From Bugula neritina (lineage: Eukaryota; Animalia; Bryozoa), in assembly GCA_964035545.1 (NCBI GenBank), contig OZ037771.1, forward strand, positions 1,933,628 to 1,997,627: DNA of 64,000 bases. Reading direction: 5' to 3'. The position numbers and the translations under genes were made by a program. The notes under the pieces are model-generated. The model was not told the origin of the DNA and did no database searches. It was given only the letters and a program-made list of their open reading frames with translations. Below, one piece after another: positions 40,924-51,388 of the stretch (position 1 is its first letter; each line of letters opens with the position of its first letter).

Positions 40924-42964
40924 CACACACACACACACACACACGCACACACACACACACACAAGTCAAAGTATCTGATTTATAGTGATAAATCATTTTG
41001 AATAAGTTTCAAGAAACATTTTTGCCAGAGATGTTTATATTATACTAGTGTAGCACCTGTTGGTCCTATTTGTGGGTTGAATTAACTGCCCCCCACTACT
41101 ATTTAGATGTATTCTATTATTTCAGGCTATGCAGCGGCTGCCTATGACGCTGTCGGGTACGGAGGTTCAACTGAACTGGAATGTCTGCCACTAGACCCGA
41201 CGTGGCACAAGAACGCCAACAGCTCTTCCCAGTCTTCTTCCAACACTTTCATTACCGCTGCCAAGTTTTACCTCGGTATGCAAAGTCAGCATTAAAACAT
41301 AATATTGTACAATACTGACTATATTATATCGTATAGTATGTATATAGTCAGTATTGTATATAGTCAGTATTGTATAGTCAACATTATTTTAAATACAAGT
41401 CTGTTTTCTTTTATGTTAGTAAAACTTCTTTTTACCATATTATTATATATTACATAATATAATATTATGTAATAATATAATGCATAAGATAATGAATATA
41501 TAATATAATGTTATATAACTTATGTTTTACAATATAAATCGTTTCCATGGTGAACCAGCCTACTGAGATATTGCAGGTAGTCATACTGATATATTGTAGG
41601 TGTTCATACTGATATATTGCAGGTAGTCATAATGATGTATTGTAGGAAGTCATACTGATATATTGTAGGTGATCATACTGATATTTTGTAGGTGATCATA
41701 CTGATATGTTGTAGTTAGTTATACGAATATATTGCAGGTAGTCATACTTATATATTGTAGGTAGTCATACTGATATATTGCAGGTAGTCATACTGATATA
41801 TTGTAGGTAGTCATACTGATATATTCAAACTAGGATCCCTGCCAGACAATCAAGTGATCCCCTGTGCTGTTTGCCTAATAGTCAGATCACCTGTCGTAAG
41901 TTTTACTCATTCTTTAAACCTATTTCACTTTGCTCTTTGCCACATACATAGTATTATATACCATGTTATTGCAGCAACTAAGAATTTTCAAGTATACGTC
42001 ATATTTCAATATACAACGCATATATTTTCATCTACTTTATTTTAATCTTCCGCTAATTTTATAGCAATACTATATTCTAATATCCATTCTACATGTTGTT
42101 GCTGTTTATGAAGTTTTATGTTGGTATTCAGTTGATGATTCCTGGAAGAGTAGAGTGTCCAAGTCAGTGGATGATGGAGTACAGTGGATACCTGATGTCT
42201 ACTCCAGGTAAGTCCAGCTACAGCGGATACCTTAAGTTAACATACTGTTAGCAACTTCTCTGTTTAGGAATGGTATAATAATTCCAATGTTTATTCTCAT
42301 ATCCTTTGTACTTATTTAAACTAAGTTGCCAGCTGGAGTTTGGCTAAAGTTAGTCAACTAAATAATATAAAAATTTTGTATATCAACATGTTGTCCTGTG
42401 ATGAAACAACTCCCACATAGTACAGTAGTAATGCAGCCATATGCCTCCTGAAATTCTAGAAATACTTTTATTAGAAAAGCTGTAAAAACTGAAAACTAGT
42501 AATCGTAATTCTTTTTATAACATTTTGATTTTCATATGATTGGAAAACTTTAGAGTTATTAAGATTTGGTAACTTTTGAAATATATTTCGCAAGAAAACG
42601 AAGAAAATCTTGCATAAAGTATTTATAGTATGCTATAACCTTCTTATTCTCATCTGTGTATCTTTTATGCTAGTTAGTTTCAGTAATTTCCAGCTAAGTA
42701 ATTTAAACCCTACTTTTGCACTGGCAACATTTCTCTACAGATGTAACATAGTGTCTTGTAATTTTAGGAGTAGCCTCAGAGTATTACTTTTCCTCAAAGA
42801 ATTACTGTGTGGATGATGATCCAGACTTCTATACAGGACATAATGATGCCCATGGACTAAAGCTAACATTTGTGCAGGCTGGCCATTGCTATAACAATGA
42901 ACTGCCTTGTAGGGATTACACAAAGGAGAATATTCTGGGTTGTACAGTATGCTCCAAACTCTGA
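37089..42964 (+). CDS. Paralog A: type II membrane protein with C-terminal short-chain collagen C4/spongin NC1-like domain and no collagen helix (8 exons)
   Basis: N-terminal TM WVLRISCITTILGCLAWYGVEIY; basic KRSVR/KKRR; S/T/A stalk. Domain: GSTFTRWGLPSCP / GYAAAAY..GGSTELECLP / IPCAVC / LMIPGRVECPSQWMMEYSGYLMS / YCVD..CTVCSKL*. Confidence 0.8.
37544..37964. mobile_element. Palindromic (foldback) MITE-like element, ~420 bp, in intron 1 of paralog A
   Basis: Arms of about 195 bp are imperfect reverse complements (TGGGTCATTTTACTT..CACTGGAAATCTCCAGTTTTTAGCTA / TAGCTAAAAACTGGAGATTTCCAGTG..AAGTAAAATGACCCA); no ORF; TSD unclear. Confidence 0.75.
38474..38584. mobile_element. Short palindromic MITE-like element, internally deleted relative of 57774-57908
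   Basis: AAGCAGCGCAGAGTTGGGGGTAACT ... AGTCACCCCCAACCTGAGGCTGCTT inverted ends; left arm resembles the 57.8-kb copy. Confidence 0.55.
40712..40962. repeat. (CA)n microsatellite with CAG interruptions
   Basis: Directly visible. Confidence 0.97.
41563..41825. repeat. 23-bp minisatellite (GTAGTCATACTGATATATTGYAG) x~11 spanning the acceptor of paralog A exon 6
   Basis: The last partial unit is the exon start GSHTDIF at 41807. Confidence 0.93.
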
Positions 42965-43787
42965 GCCAGTCTATGCTATTATATACTACTCCATTATATA
43001 ATAATCTATTATATATTAATCTATTATATATTATTATATTATATATCACACTATTATATATATATTACTATATTATATATTACTCTATTATATATTACTC
43101 TATTATATATTACTATATTATATATTGCACTAATATATATCACTCTATAATACGTATCTATTATACTCTACTATACTCAGTCTAGTTTTTGTCCCAAGTG
43201 CAATAGATCTCAATATCTTGGATGAAATGAATATTGAGATAAAAATATAAACAAAATACAAATGTAAATAAAACTATTTATATGCCAATTTGTGATTGTT
43301 GCATGCAATGTAAAATGTCATGTTTTTTTGTAATTTACGTAAACCTGATCACTGTCACGTGTATATATGTATTTATGTATAAAATGTCAAATTAATTATT
43401 TATGTTTCTGAAACTTTTTAATTGTAATTTTGAATTTTTTGCATTGAATAAAGTTTTTGTTAGTACAAACACTTCAAAGTAACTGACTATACTGCTACAA
43501 TTGTTACATTTGCACTCTTTGTTGGAAAACAACATACTACTACTGCTACTACTTTAAGAAAGCTCCACTTCCTTATTAACTCTACCCTACTAGTAATTAT
43601 ACTAAAATCTTGCAGAATATTACACTTTAATAGCCTTAATTTCCTCACACGCTGGTTGTTTTTCTGCTCCAGCTTACGCGATTAATTAGGATTTACTTTT
43701 AAGCCAAATCCTTTCATTATCACCTGCTCGTAGTCATGGCAACATCCTTGTTAGCTACTTCTGCTCACTACCACTTTGCCTGCCAAG

Positions 43788-45850
43788 ATGGCTGAGAAGG
43801 TCAGGGAAGTTTTAGACAGCGACTATAAAGGTGCTAGTTTGAAGCTACTTTTAGCTCTGCTCAGCGTTACCTTTGTTTCCTACTGTCTTTATGAGATACA
43901 GAGTCTCAAGGTCATTGTACAAAAGCAGCAACAGTGTGTATCTGTTATAGAGGTCAAAGGAAATGTAAGTTTGTTGCTAGATATTAATTGCAGGTAAAAA
44001 TGATGCTTCAGCTAAGCTGAAACTCAATATCGACATTTCTCTGTTTTAGATGTTAGTACTGAGTATGATATTTTTAAGTAATGGTGATATAATTTTTTCT
44101 TAATTACTGTGCAAGGTGTTTCCCAGATTTCTAACTAGCCATTTAATTTTTTCTTAGAAAAGTCATTTTGTTGTACACAATAATTAACTAGTGTGACTTA
44201 ATTATTAGCTATGCAGTCCACAATACTCTAGTTATACATGTGTTATATTATAATGCCATCTCCTTCTTTGGAAAACCTAAACGAACTTTGTAACAAAGTG
44301 TTTGGGTTTTTCCAGAATAGTGATGGCAGAGTTCTAAAACCAGTAGTAGCAGCTGACACTTATTACTCTGCAAGGCATTTATTAAAGGTCAATTCATTCT
44401 TTTTTAAAACGCAGTACTGCAATAGTTCAACCTATAACCTGAACATTAGACTGTTTATATGTTAACTTCAGCATGAATGTTAATCTAGTTTTAGCTCTTT
44501 GGTAATTATATTTTATAAGAATATAAAAAATATTAAGTATTTTTGCATAAATACAGACTTTAACTGCTTCATATCTGGTATTTATAGATACTATGTATCT
44601 ACTAAAAATCAAGTTTCTTTGGTAACTTCATCTTACCCACTATACACCTAACTCTAGTTTAATAAACTATTACATAACAAATTCTGAAAACCACAGCATA
44701 ATTATTTTGCAGGCATTATTGCATTATCGCATTTAAGAAAATGAGAAAGTATTGACATTGATTTAGCAAAGGCACAGACACTAAGGCGTACTTTATATTT
44801 TAAATGTTATAATGTATTTGTTATTATAAAAATGTTGTTTTCAGGAAGTAATAAAAGCTTCAAAAAGAGCCATCAACAGAGATGCTGTTCAACCTCGATT
44901 AAACTCCTCCATTTCACAGCTTAGGTATCTCACGCTTTTTAACTTTAAACTAACCAACAACACCTACAGTTTACCATCAGTTTGAAGATTTATTTTTAGT
45001 TCAAGTAATCTTTCATTAGGGCTATATAATAAGCTATATCTATTAATGTAGCATATAAAAGAAAATAAATGCATTTAAAATAAGCTCCCAACAGTGCATA
45101 ACTATCATAATATATTAGCATTTTCTGGCAAATGACTTTGAAGTGATATTAAATTTCCAATATCATAATATGCTTGTATGACATTTTCATTTCATTGGTT
45201 TAGAATTAATTAATAAACGCTACCTTGTTTAATAATGATATTTGTAATTAAAATTATATATAAATTCAATTAAATTATCAAAAAATTGTGGATACTGCAT
45301 TAATTAGTCCTATTTGTACATTTTGTCTATAAAGCAGCCTATAATTATTTATAATATAGTTCTAATAGCTTCTATTTTTTTATTCTATAGCTTTCAGCAC
45401 TACATATTGTAACATATTGCTTAGGCATTTATCGTGCCTTTTAACAAATATATATATATTTAATTGATTTCATTTGCCAACTTGGAAAAATAAAAAAAAT
45501 TTGCTTCCTTTAAGACTGACACTGCAATCAGATCTTAATTACAAAATTCATTACCTTATATAATATGTATTATGCCATTAAAACCAAACATAGCTATATT
45601 TCTATCATCCAGAAAATGAAAGCACCAAGTGTATGCAATCTGCATGTATGATGGTTTTAAATACACAAAGCTTCTAGTTTATTTTTCAATAACTAATTAG
45701 TTTCATATATATTCATACGTAGCATATCATTCAATAACTTATTTTAATAGAAATGATGTGGGACAACAAGATAATGGTCAACAAAGAATAGCAAATCGTG
45801 GCACTGGTACTTTTATGGTACCACCTACAGACAACACAGGTACTGTTTAC

Positions 45851-45929
<79 letters not shown>

Positions 45930-48900
45930 TGTGTTTGTGCGTGTGTGCGTGTGTGCGTGTGTATTTTTCTCCTAGTCAACGGCATCTTGGTTGTTTTGTT
46001 ATGCATAAATCATCTAGTAACATTAAGTAGCTCATATAAGATTTAAGCTTTGAAGATATTCCACATAATGGTTGCTTTTTATAATCTCTGAGAACCTTAT
46101 TTAAACCATAAAGGTTCTATGGAAGTATTTTTATATTGATTCCTGTTAAACCCAAAGCAATTACCTTGCAGTAATTTGCCAAGTGTATAATAATAAAAGG
46201 CCCTTGATAAAAATGTGTAATATTACGTTGTGGTGTGAATAAATTAATGCAAAGCTTTAAGTAATTGACATGCAGCTGTAGATAAAAGAAAGTAAACTGT
46301 TTAATATAACTTTTTACTATCTAATCCATTAGCTCGATTTTATATTTTTACTAATAGTAGATTATATTATTACTAACAAAGAGCTTGCCCTGCAATGCCT
46401 TGAAGGCTTGTGAGTTTATAAAACTCAACTAGTAATACATTATTCACTGCATGAGGTAGAACATGCAAAGTTGGCATATTCTACCTGCAAACTTCAACAT
46501 CTGCCAAAGCTGACATGTATTGAAGCTCAATAATATTTTGATAATAGTAGAACAATATAATGCACTTGAATAGAATATTTCTATATATATAAGTATAAAA
46601 TAACATCTGCAAATGTTTTTATAAATAAGCAAAATAAACTTCCAAGTGGCTAACTTTACACACTACACATTATAGAATTATGAGAATTAATTTAGTTTTA
46701 TCCATAAAATAAATTTTGATTCTATTTGTACTACAAAGGTTAACATAATTAATGGATAAAATAGCAGGTTAGAACGCTGCATAAGTCACGTGTAGAAACA
46801 TGAATAGTGTAACATTTCATGTGTGTTTGACTCAGACTAATTAAATAAGAAATTGTCTTCTCATTGCTACAGGTTCGGTGTATGTTAGATGGGGCAAATT
46901 CGGGTGCGGTGGAAGTTCAGATGGTATCCTCTATTCAGGTTGGTTTTTACTAGTACCAGTTGCTATCTACTTAATATCTCGAGTACACCTGGCGATCCGT
47001 TTATTGTAAGATCCACTGCTAAATATTCTGATGTCATATGCTAGCTCTCTTGTGCAGTCTTCAGTCATTATAGAGATTGCCCTGGCCTTAGTTGCTTGCA
47101 GATAGATGCTTGGAACCCTAAAATCAGTTCTGCATATTATATATTGTATATACTGTATATTCAAACATATAAGGGGGTATATGTAATTTACATAATACAT
47201 GCAACACATCGCTGTATGTACTATATACTATATATAGTTCTGTCATATTGATAGGTTACGCAGCAGCTGCTCCGACTATAAAAGGGTTTGGTGGTTCTAC
47301 AGAAATACTGTGTCTCCCACTAAACAGAGAACACAACTCTAAACTGACAAGCAATATTCCATCTAGAATACTCCTGAATGCAGTTAAGCTCAACTTAGGT
47401 CAGTGCTGGAACTTTTCAGATTAAATAAACCATTTTTAAGTGAAAAGTTTTTTTCTACTTGCTGAAGAGTAAATCTGTGGAGAATGAAAATAACAATATA
47501 TCACAGTATAGCACAGTATAGTCACTCAGACTGTATTATATAATATCAGGTAGTACAATATAACGTACTTGCAGTAGAGCATATTACAGTATGATAGTAG
47601 ATATGCCATGAGTTGTTTAATTACTTTACATAGGAGCTCACACAAGTCTGTTTCCTCTCTCAGCTCACGAGGCCATCTTAGAATGTGCTGTCTGCTCTAC
47701 AAGGAGAGCTTCTACTGTAAGTTACATAACTTCCTGTCTACTGTAAGTTACATAACTTCCTGTCTACAGTAAGTTACATAACTTCCTGCCTACAGTAAGT
47801 TACATAGCTTCCTGTCTACAGTAAGTTACATAACTTCCTGTCTACAGTAAGTTACATAACTTCCTGTCTACAGCAAGTTACATAACTTCCTGTCTACAGT
47901 AAGTTATATGTATAACTTCTTCTCTGTATATCTACTGTAAGTTATACTACTTCCTCTCTGTGTATCTTCTGTAAGTTATATTTATTTTGTTTAAAATATC
48001 TAATGCAGCTAAAAATTTACAATGGATTGTTGCTTTGAACAAAATGTAAGTTGCTGCTTTAATATTTAGTAAGTAAGTTACTTACTGCTTTACTCAGTAG
48101 GCAGGGCGTATATAGTGTCATTGAAAATATTGTTGCAGATGATTAAGTCTCAAGCGCTGGAAGTGAAATAAGAACAGCTTATTAATTTTATTAAGTAATC
48201 TAAACGCTGCATGCTTACCTCATAATTTAACCTCCATCTTAGTCATCGCAGTGTTGGGGTCACACCATTCATATATATAATATTCTTAAATAAAACTTTA
48301 AGACAATTGAAACATTTTGGTGGACTTGTTTTTATTTCTGCAGGTCATGATCCCAGGGTGGTATAGCAAATGCCCATCTTCTTGGACAAAAGAGTATTCT
48401 GGCTATCTTATGTCTACGCCAGGTATACTCTGATTTTATTTCCTTAAGTTTGTAAGATTCCGTAGTTGATATTTGTTTGCTTTAAACTGGTCTTATAATG
48501 GCTTAGCAAGCGCTTACAATTATTTTCAATTAATGTAGCTAAAGATATGTTTAACTGATAGTTTGCAAGCCATTTAAAACTTTGCCTTACTTATAGCACT
48601 GGCACAGCTGTCATTTTATTTGCTGTGCAACAATAATATAATAGAATAATATATTTTTAGCAATTTCAGTTAATGTCCATTAAATTAAAAAACAACAAAA
48701 CAGACATGCTTTGAAAGACAAATTACATAATCTGCAAGTGATGAAGCAGAAATTTATAACTTTTCCCCATCACGATTAAAATCTACTCAGTTTAATTTTA
48801 CATGAAGATTTTATAAATCCTATTAAAGTTGCACACAGAGCTCAGTTTGTGAAAGATACGCCTGCAAATGTTGCAACTAACTCATTCCCAGATAACAATC

Positions 48901-49258
48901 TGTTAGGGTACATGGTTTTCAAATCATAAAAATGTGATGACAGTTTTACTATCACTGCAGACTCAATTTCTCTGGGCAGACATATTGTAACTAATCATTA
49001 CATGGACTGTCAAAATCTATCATGAAATATACAAATATACATATTTCCTTTATTCTAGGGATATCCCGGAGATATTATTTTGGTTCGAAAAGCTACTGTG
49101 TGGATGAAAACCCTGACACTGCCCACAAAGCAATGGGAAGTACTAAACGTTTACAGTTGACCTTCGTACAAACCGGGCAATGCACCTCAGGGGAACCATG
49201 TACCGATTACAAAGCAAGGGATCTTATTGGCTGTACTGTGTGCTCTAGGCCATCCTAG
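43788..49258 (+). CDS. Paralog B: type II membrane protein with C-terminal short-chain collagen C4-like domain (9 exons)
   Basis: TM LKLLLALLSVTFVSYCLYEI; KASKRAINR. Domain: GSVYVRWGKFGC / GYAAAA..GGSTEILCLP / LECAVC / VMIPGWYSKCPSSWTKEYSGYLMSTP / YCVDENPD..CTVCSRPS*. Same intron positions as paralog A within the domain. Confidence 0.8.
45852..45962. repeat. (GT)n microsatellite
   Basis: Directly visible. Confidence 0.97.
47711..47980. repeat. 26-bp minisatellite (TCTACWGTAAGTTACATAACTTCCTG) x~7 plus degenerate copies, spanning a paralog B donor
   Basis: The first unit is the exon end TCTACT plus donor GTAAGT (47717). Confidence 0.93.
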
Positions 49259-49499
49259 CCTTCTCATTGGTCAAATGAATAATTAACCAACTACATGTCT
49301 ATACCTGCCTGTTATATGTTCAAAAATGCTGTTGCTGGAATTACAAAAATATTAAGCAATTGTAATATGAATTATGTTATTGGAGAAATAAATTTAAATA
49401 ATATTATATTTTGTGTTCTCGTATTTATCTCACATTTCCATAATAACATGTTACTGTACTAACAAGTGGGCATACACTCTATATGAGCCGGAAACATAC

Positions 49500-50218
49500 T
49501 GTGGTAAAATTGTGTATAGTATAACTAATGCTTATATTTTTCCTTACTAGTATTAACTTCATTCCCATGGAATGCGTGTTTTCTTAGATATACATCATTA
49601 CATAGCCATAGTATTGTAACAGCTAAGTGTTATGTTGGCAATGATGGGATTAGCTATTATTCCCAGCTACTTACTACTACTGACGTGACTGGATTAGCTA
49701 TTGTTTCTGACGGCTCACAGGAACACTTATATAATCAAGATAACCGGGATTTCCCTGCGAAGTTCGCTCGATTCGAGCGATTCCTTTGTTCTAGCCCTGC
49801 GAATCCCCTGCGATTCGAGCGAATTCCCTCGAATTCGCTCGGAATATTCTAGTGGGAATGTTCCCAATGTATAAAAGGAGGCCCTCAACACAGTAGAGTC
49901 AGTCTTCAGCCAGCAGCACAACAGGACACATCTCGGAGCTACCAAGCCAGGACAATAACACACTTAGTTAATTATCTTATACTTTGTTTACCAGTTTACT
50001 AGTAAGTTTTCCATACATGTAAGGAGTTGTCCTCCCTAACTGCTATTTTTGGATTTATATATATTATGGAGTAAATAAAGGGGATTGTGAGTATTACATT
50101 TCTTATTTATTGTGCATAAATACCCTCCTACAAAGAGTCACTGTGTTCAATCAGCTAACAACCCACACCAATAATTGCATGCAGCGAATCATAACATTCT
50201 ACGCATAAAATTATTACA
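49500..50218 (+). repeat. 5' LTR (719 bp)
   Basis: TGTGGTAA...TTATTACA; matches 56563-57281 at a constant offset of 7063; TATAAAAG near 49870 and AATAAA near 50074. Confidence 0.97.
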
Positions 50219-50219
50219 C

Positions 50220-50237
50220 TGGTGGCAGCGGTGGGAT
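50220..50237 (+). promoter_or_regulatory. Primer binding site complementary to tRNA-Leu (AAG/TAG type)
   Basis: TGGTGGCAGCGGTGGGAT is the reverse complement of ATCCCACCGCTGCCA-CCA, the metazoan tRNA-Leu 3' end as I recall it; it starts 1 nt after the LTR. Confidence 0.88.
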
Positions 50238-50287
50238 AATCGTCTGGTACAGACTAAGCTGATGCTCCCCCACGGGGAGAGACAACA

Positions 50288-51388
50288 ATGGATCCATTGA
50301 GGCCAGCGCCAGAGCTCGGGCTTGATGATGAAGCAGCAGGAGGACGCTTCACCCTAGAGGCATTGATTCGGACTCTCTGGGAAGACAGGGCAGCTGCACA
50401 GGCTCCACCTGGTGACAGGTTCCGCCTTAAAGCGCCAGTCTTCGACGGTGAAGGAAATGTAGAACAATTTCTACAAGAATTCCGCGAGGTGGCCGTGGCC
50501 TCCCAGTGGCCGGCCCAGGTGGAATTACTGCAACTACGGTCCTGCCTGACAGGTCGAGCCAAGCCCTATGCGGTAGGCCCGAATAGGGATCACATCATTG
50601 AGGCTCTGCGCGGCCGCTTCGGACTTACCGTCCGGGACGCGAGAGCCCGCCTCCAAGGACTCCGACGAGACCCTAAGGTCTCACTACAGGATCACGCCAA
50701 CAAAGTGGAGCAGCTAGTCCAGGTAGCCTACGGTAACGTAGACCTGGAGTCACGCCAGGCCATCACCTTTGATATCTTCCTGCAATCGCTCAATAACCTG
50801 AGCCTGCAACGGTATCTCTTGGCAGCTGGGGTCGACACCATTGAGGCTGCTCTGGCCAGAGGAAAGGCGTACTACCAGATCGGCGGGAGTCAGGACTGTG
50901 ACAGCAGTGCCCGACGAGTCGAGTCAGACTGGGGAGAGGCTGCCGAAGACACTCGGCCGAGGCCTCAAGTAGCGGCCGCCGCCACTACACCCCCAACCCC
51001 ACCCGAACTCTCCATGGTATTGGAGGTGGTGGACAAACTGCAAGGAGAGATCGCAACATTGCGACGGGACCAAACTACTAACAGACCGGATCGGTCATAC
51101 GGTAGTCAGCCCAACAAGGACGCTCAGTTAGAGCCTAGGGTAGCAGCTACTGCACCTACCCCATCGACCTCAGCCGAAGTCTCCATGGTACTGGAGGTGG
51201 TGCGAGATCTACAGGCCGAAGTTAAGGCCCTGAGACGGGCCCAAACTACTAACCGGCCGAATCAGCCACGTAGTAGTCGCCCCGAAGGGTCTTCTCTCAC
51301 GTGTTGGAAGTGTGGGACAACAGGTCATGTGCAACGAGACTGTCCCCGAGGACGCAGCGGTCCTTTAAACACCCAAGGCCTGCGGTAA
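50288..51388 (+). CDS. gag: Gag polyprotein (capsid plus CCHC zinc knuckle)
   Basis: 366-aa ORF; PVFDG..EQFL..F..VA...W capsid-like motif; CWKCGTTGHVQRDC knuckle. Confidence 0.93.
   Translation: MDPLRPAPELGLDDEAAGGRFTLEALIRTLWEDRAAAQAPPGDRFRLKAPVFDGEGNVEQFLQEFREVAVASQWPAQVELLQLRSCLTGRAKPYAVGPNRDHIIEALRGRFGLTVRDARARLQGLRRDPKVSLQDHANKVEQLVQVAYGNVDLESRQAITFDIFLQSLNNLSLQRYLLAAGVDTIEAALARGKAYYQIGGSQDCDSSARRVESDWGEAAEDTRPRPQVAAAATTPPTPPELSMVLEVVDKLQGEIATLRRDQTTNRPDRSYGSQPNKDAQLEPRVAATAPTPSTSAEVSMVLEVVRDLQAEVKALRRAQTTNRPNQPRSSRPEGSSLTCWKCGTTGHVQRDCPRGRSGPLNTQGLR

Noticed and set aside
40539-40996. HT- and CV-rich ORFs (also near 16.6, 25.4 and 45.8 kb)
   Set aside because: (CA)n microsatellite translations
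49727-49963. 78-aa antisense ORF repeated at 56790-57026
   Set aside because: Lies within the LTRs; no recognisable motif; duplicated only because the LTR is
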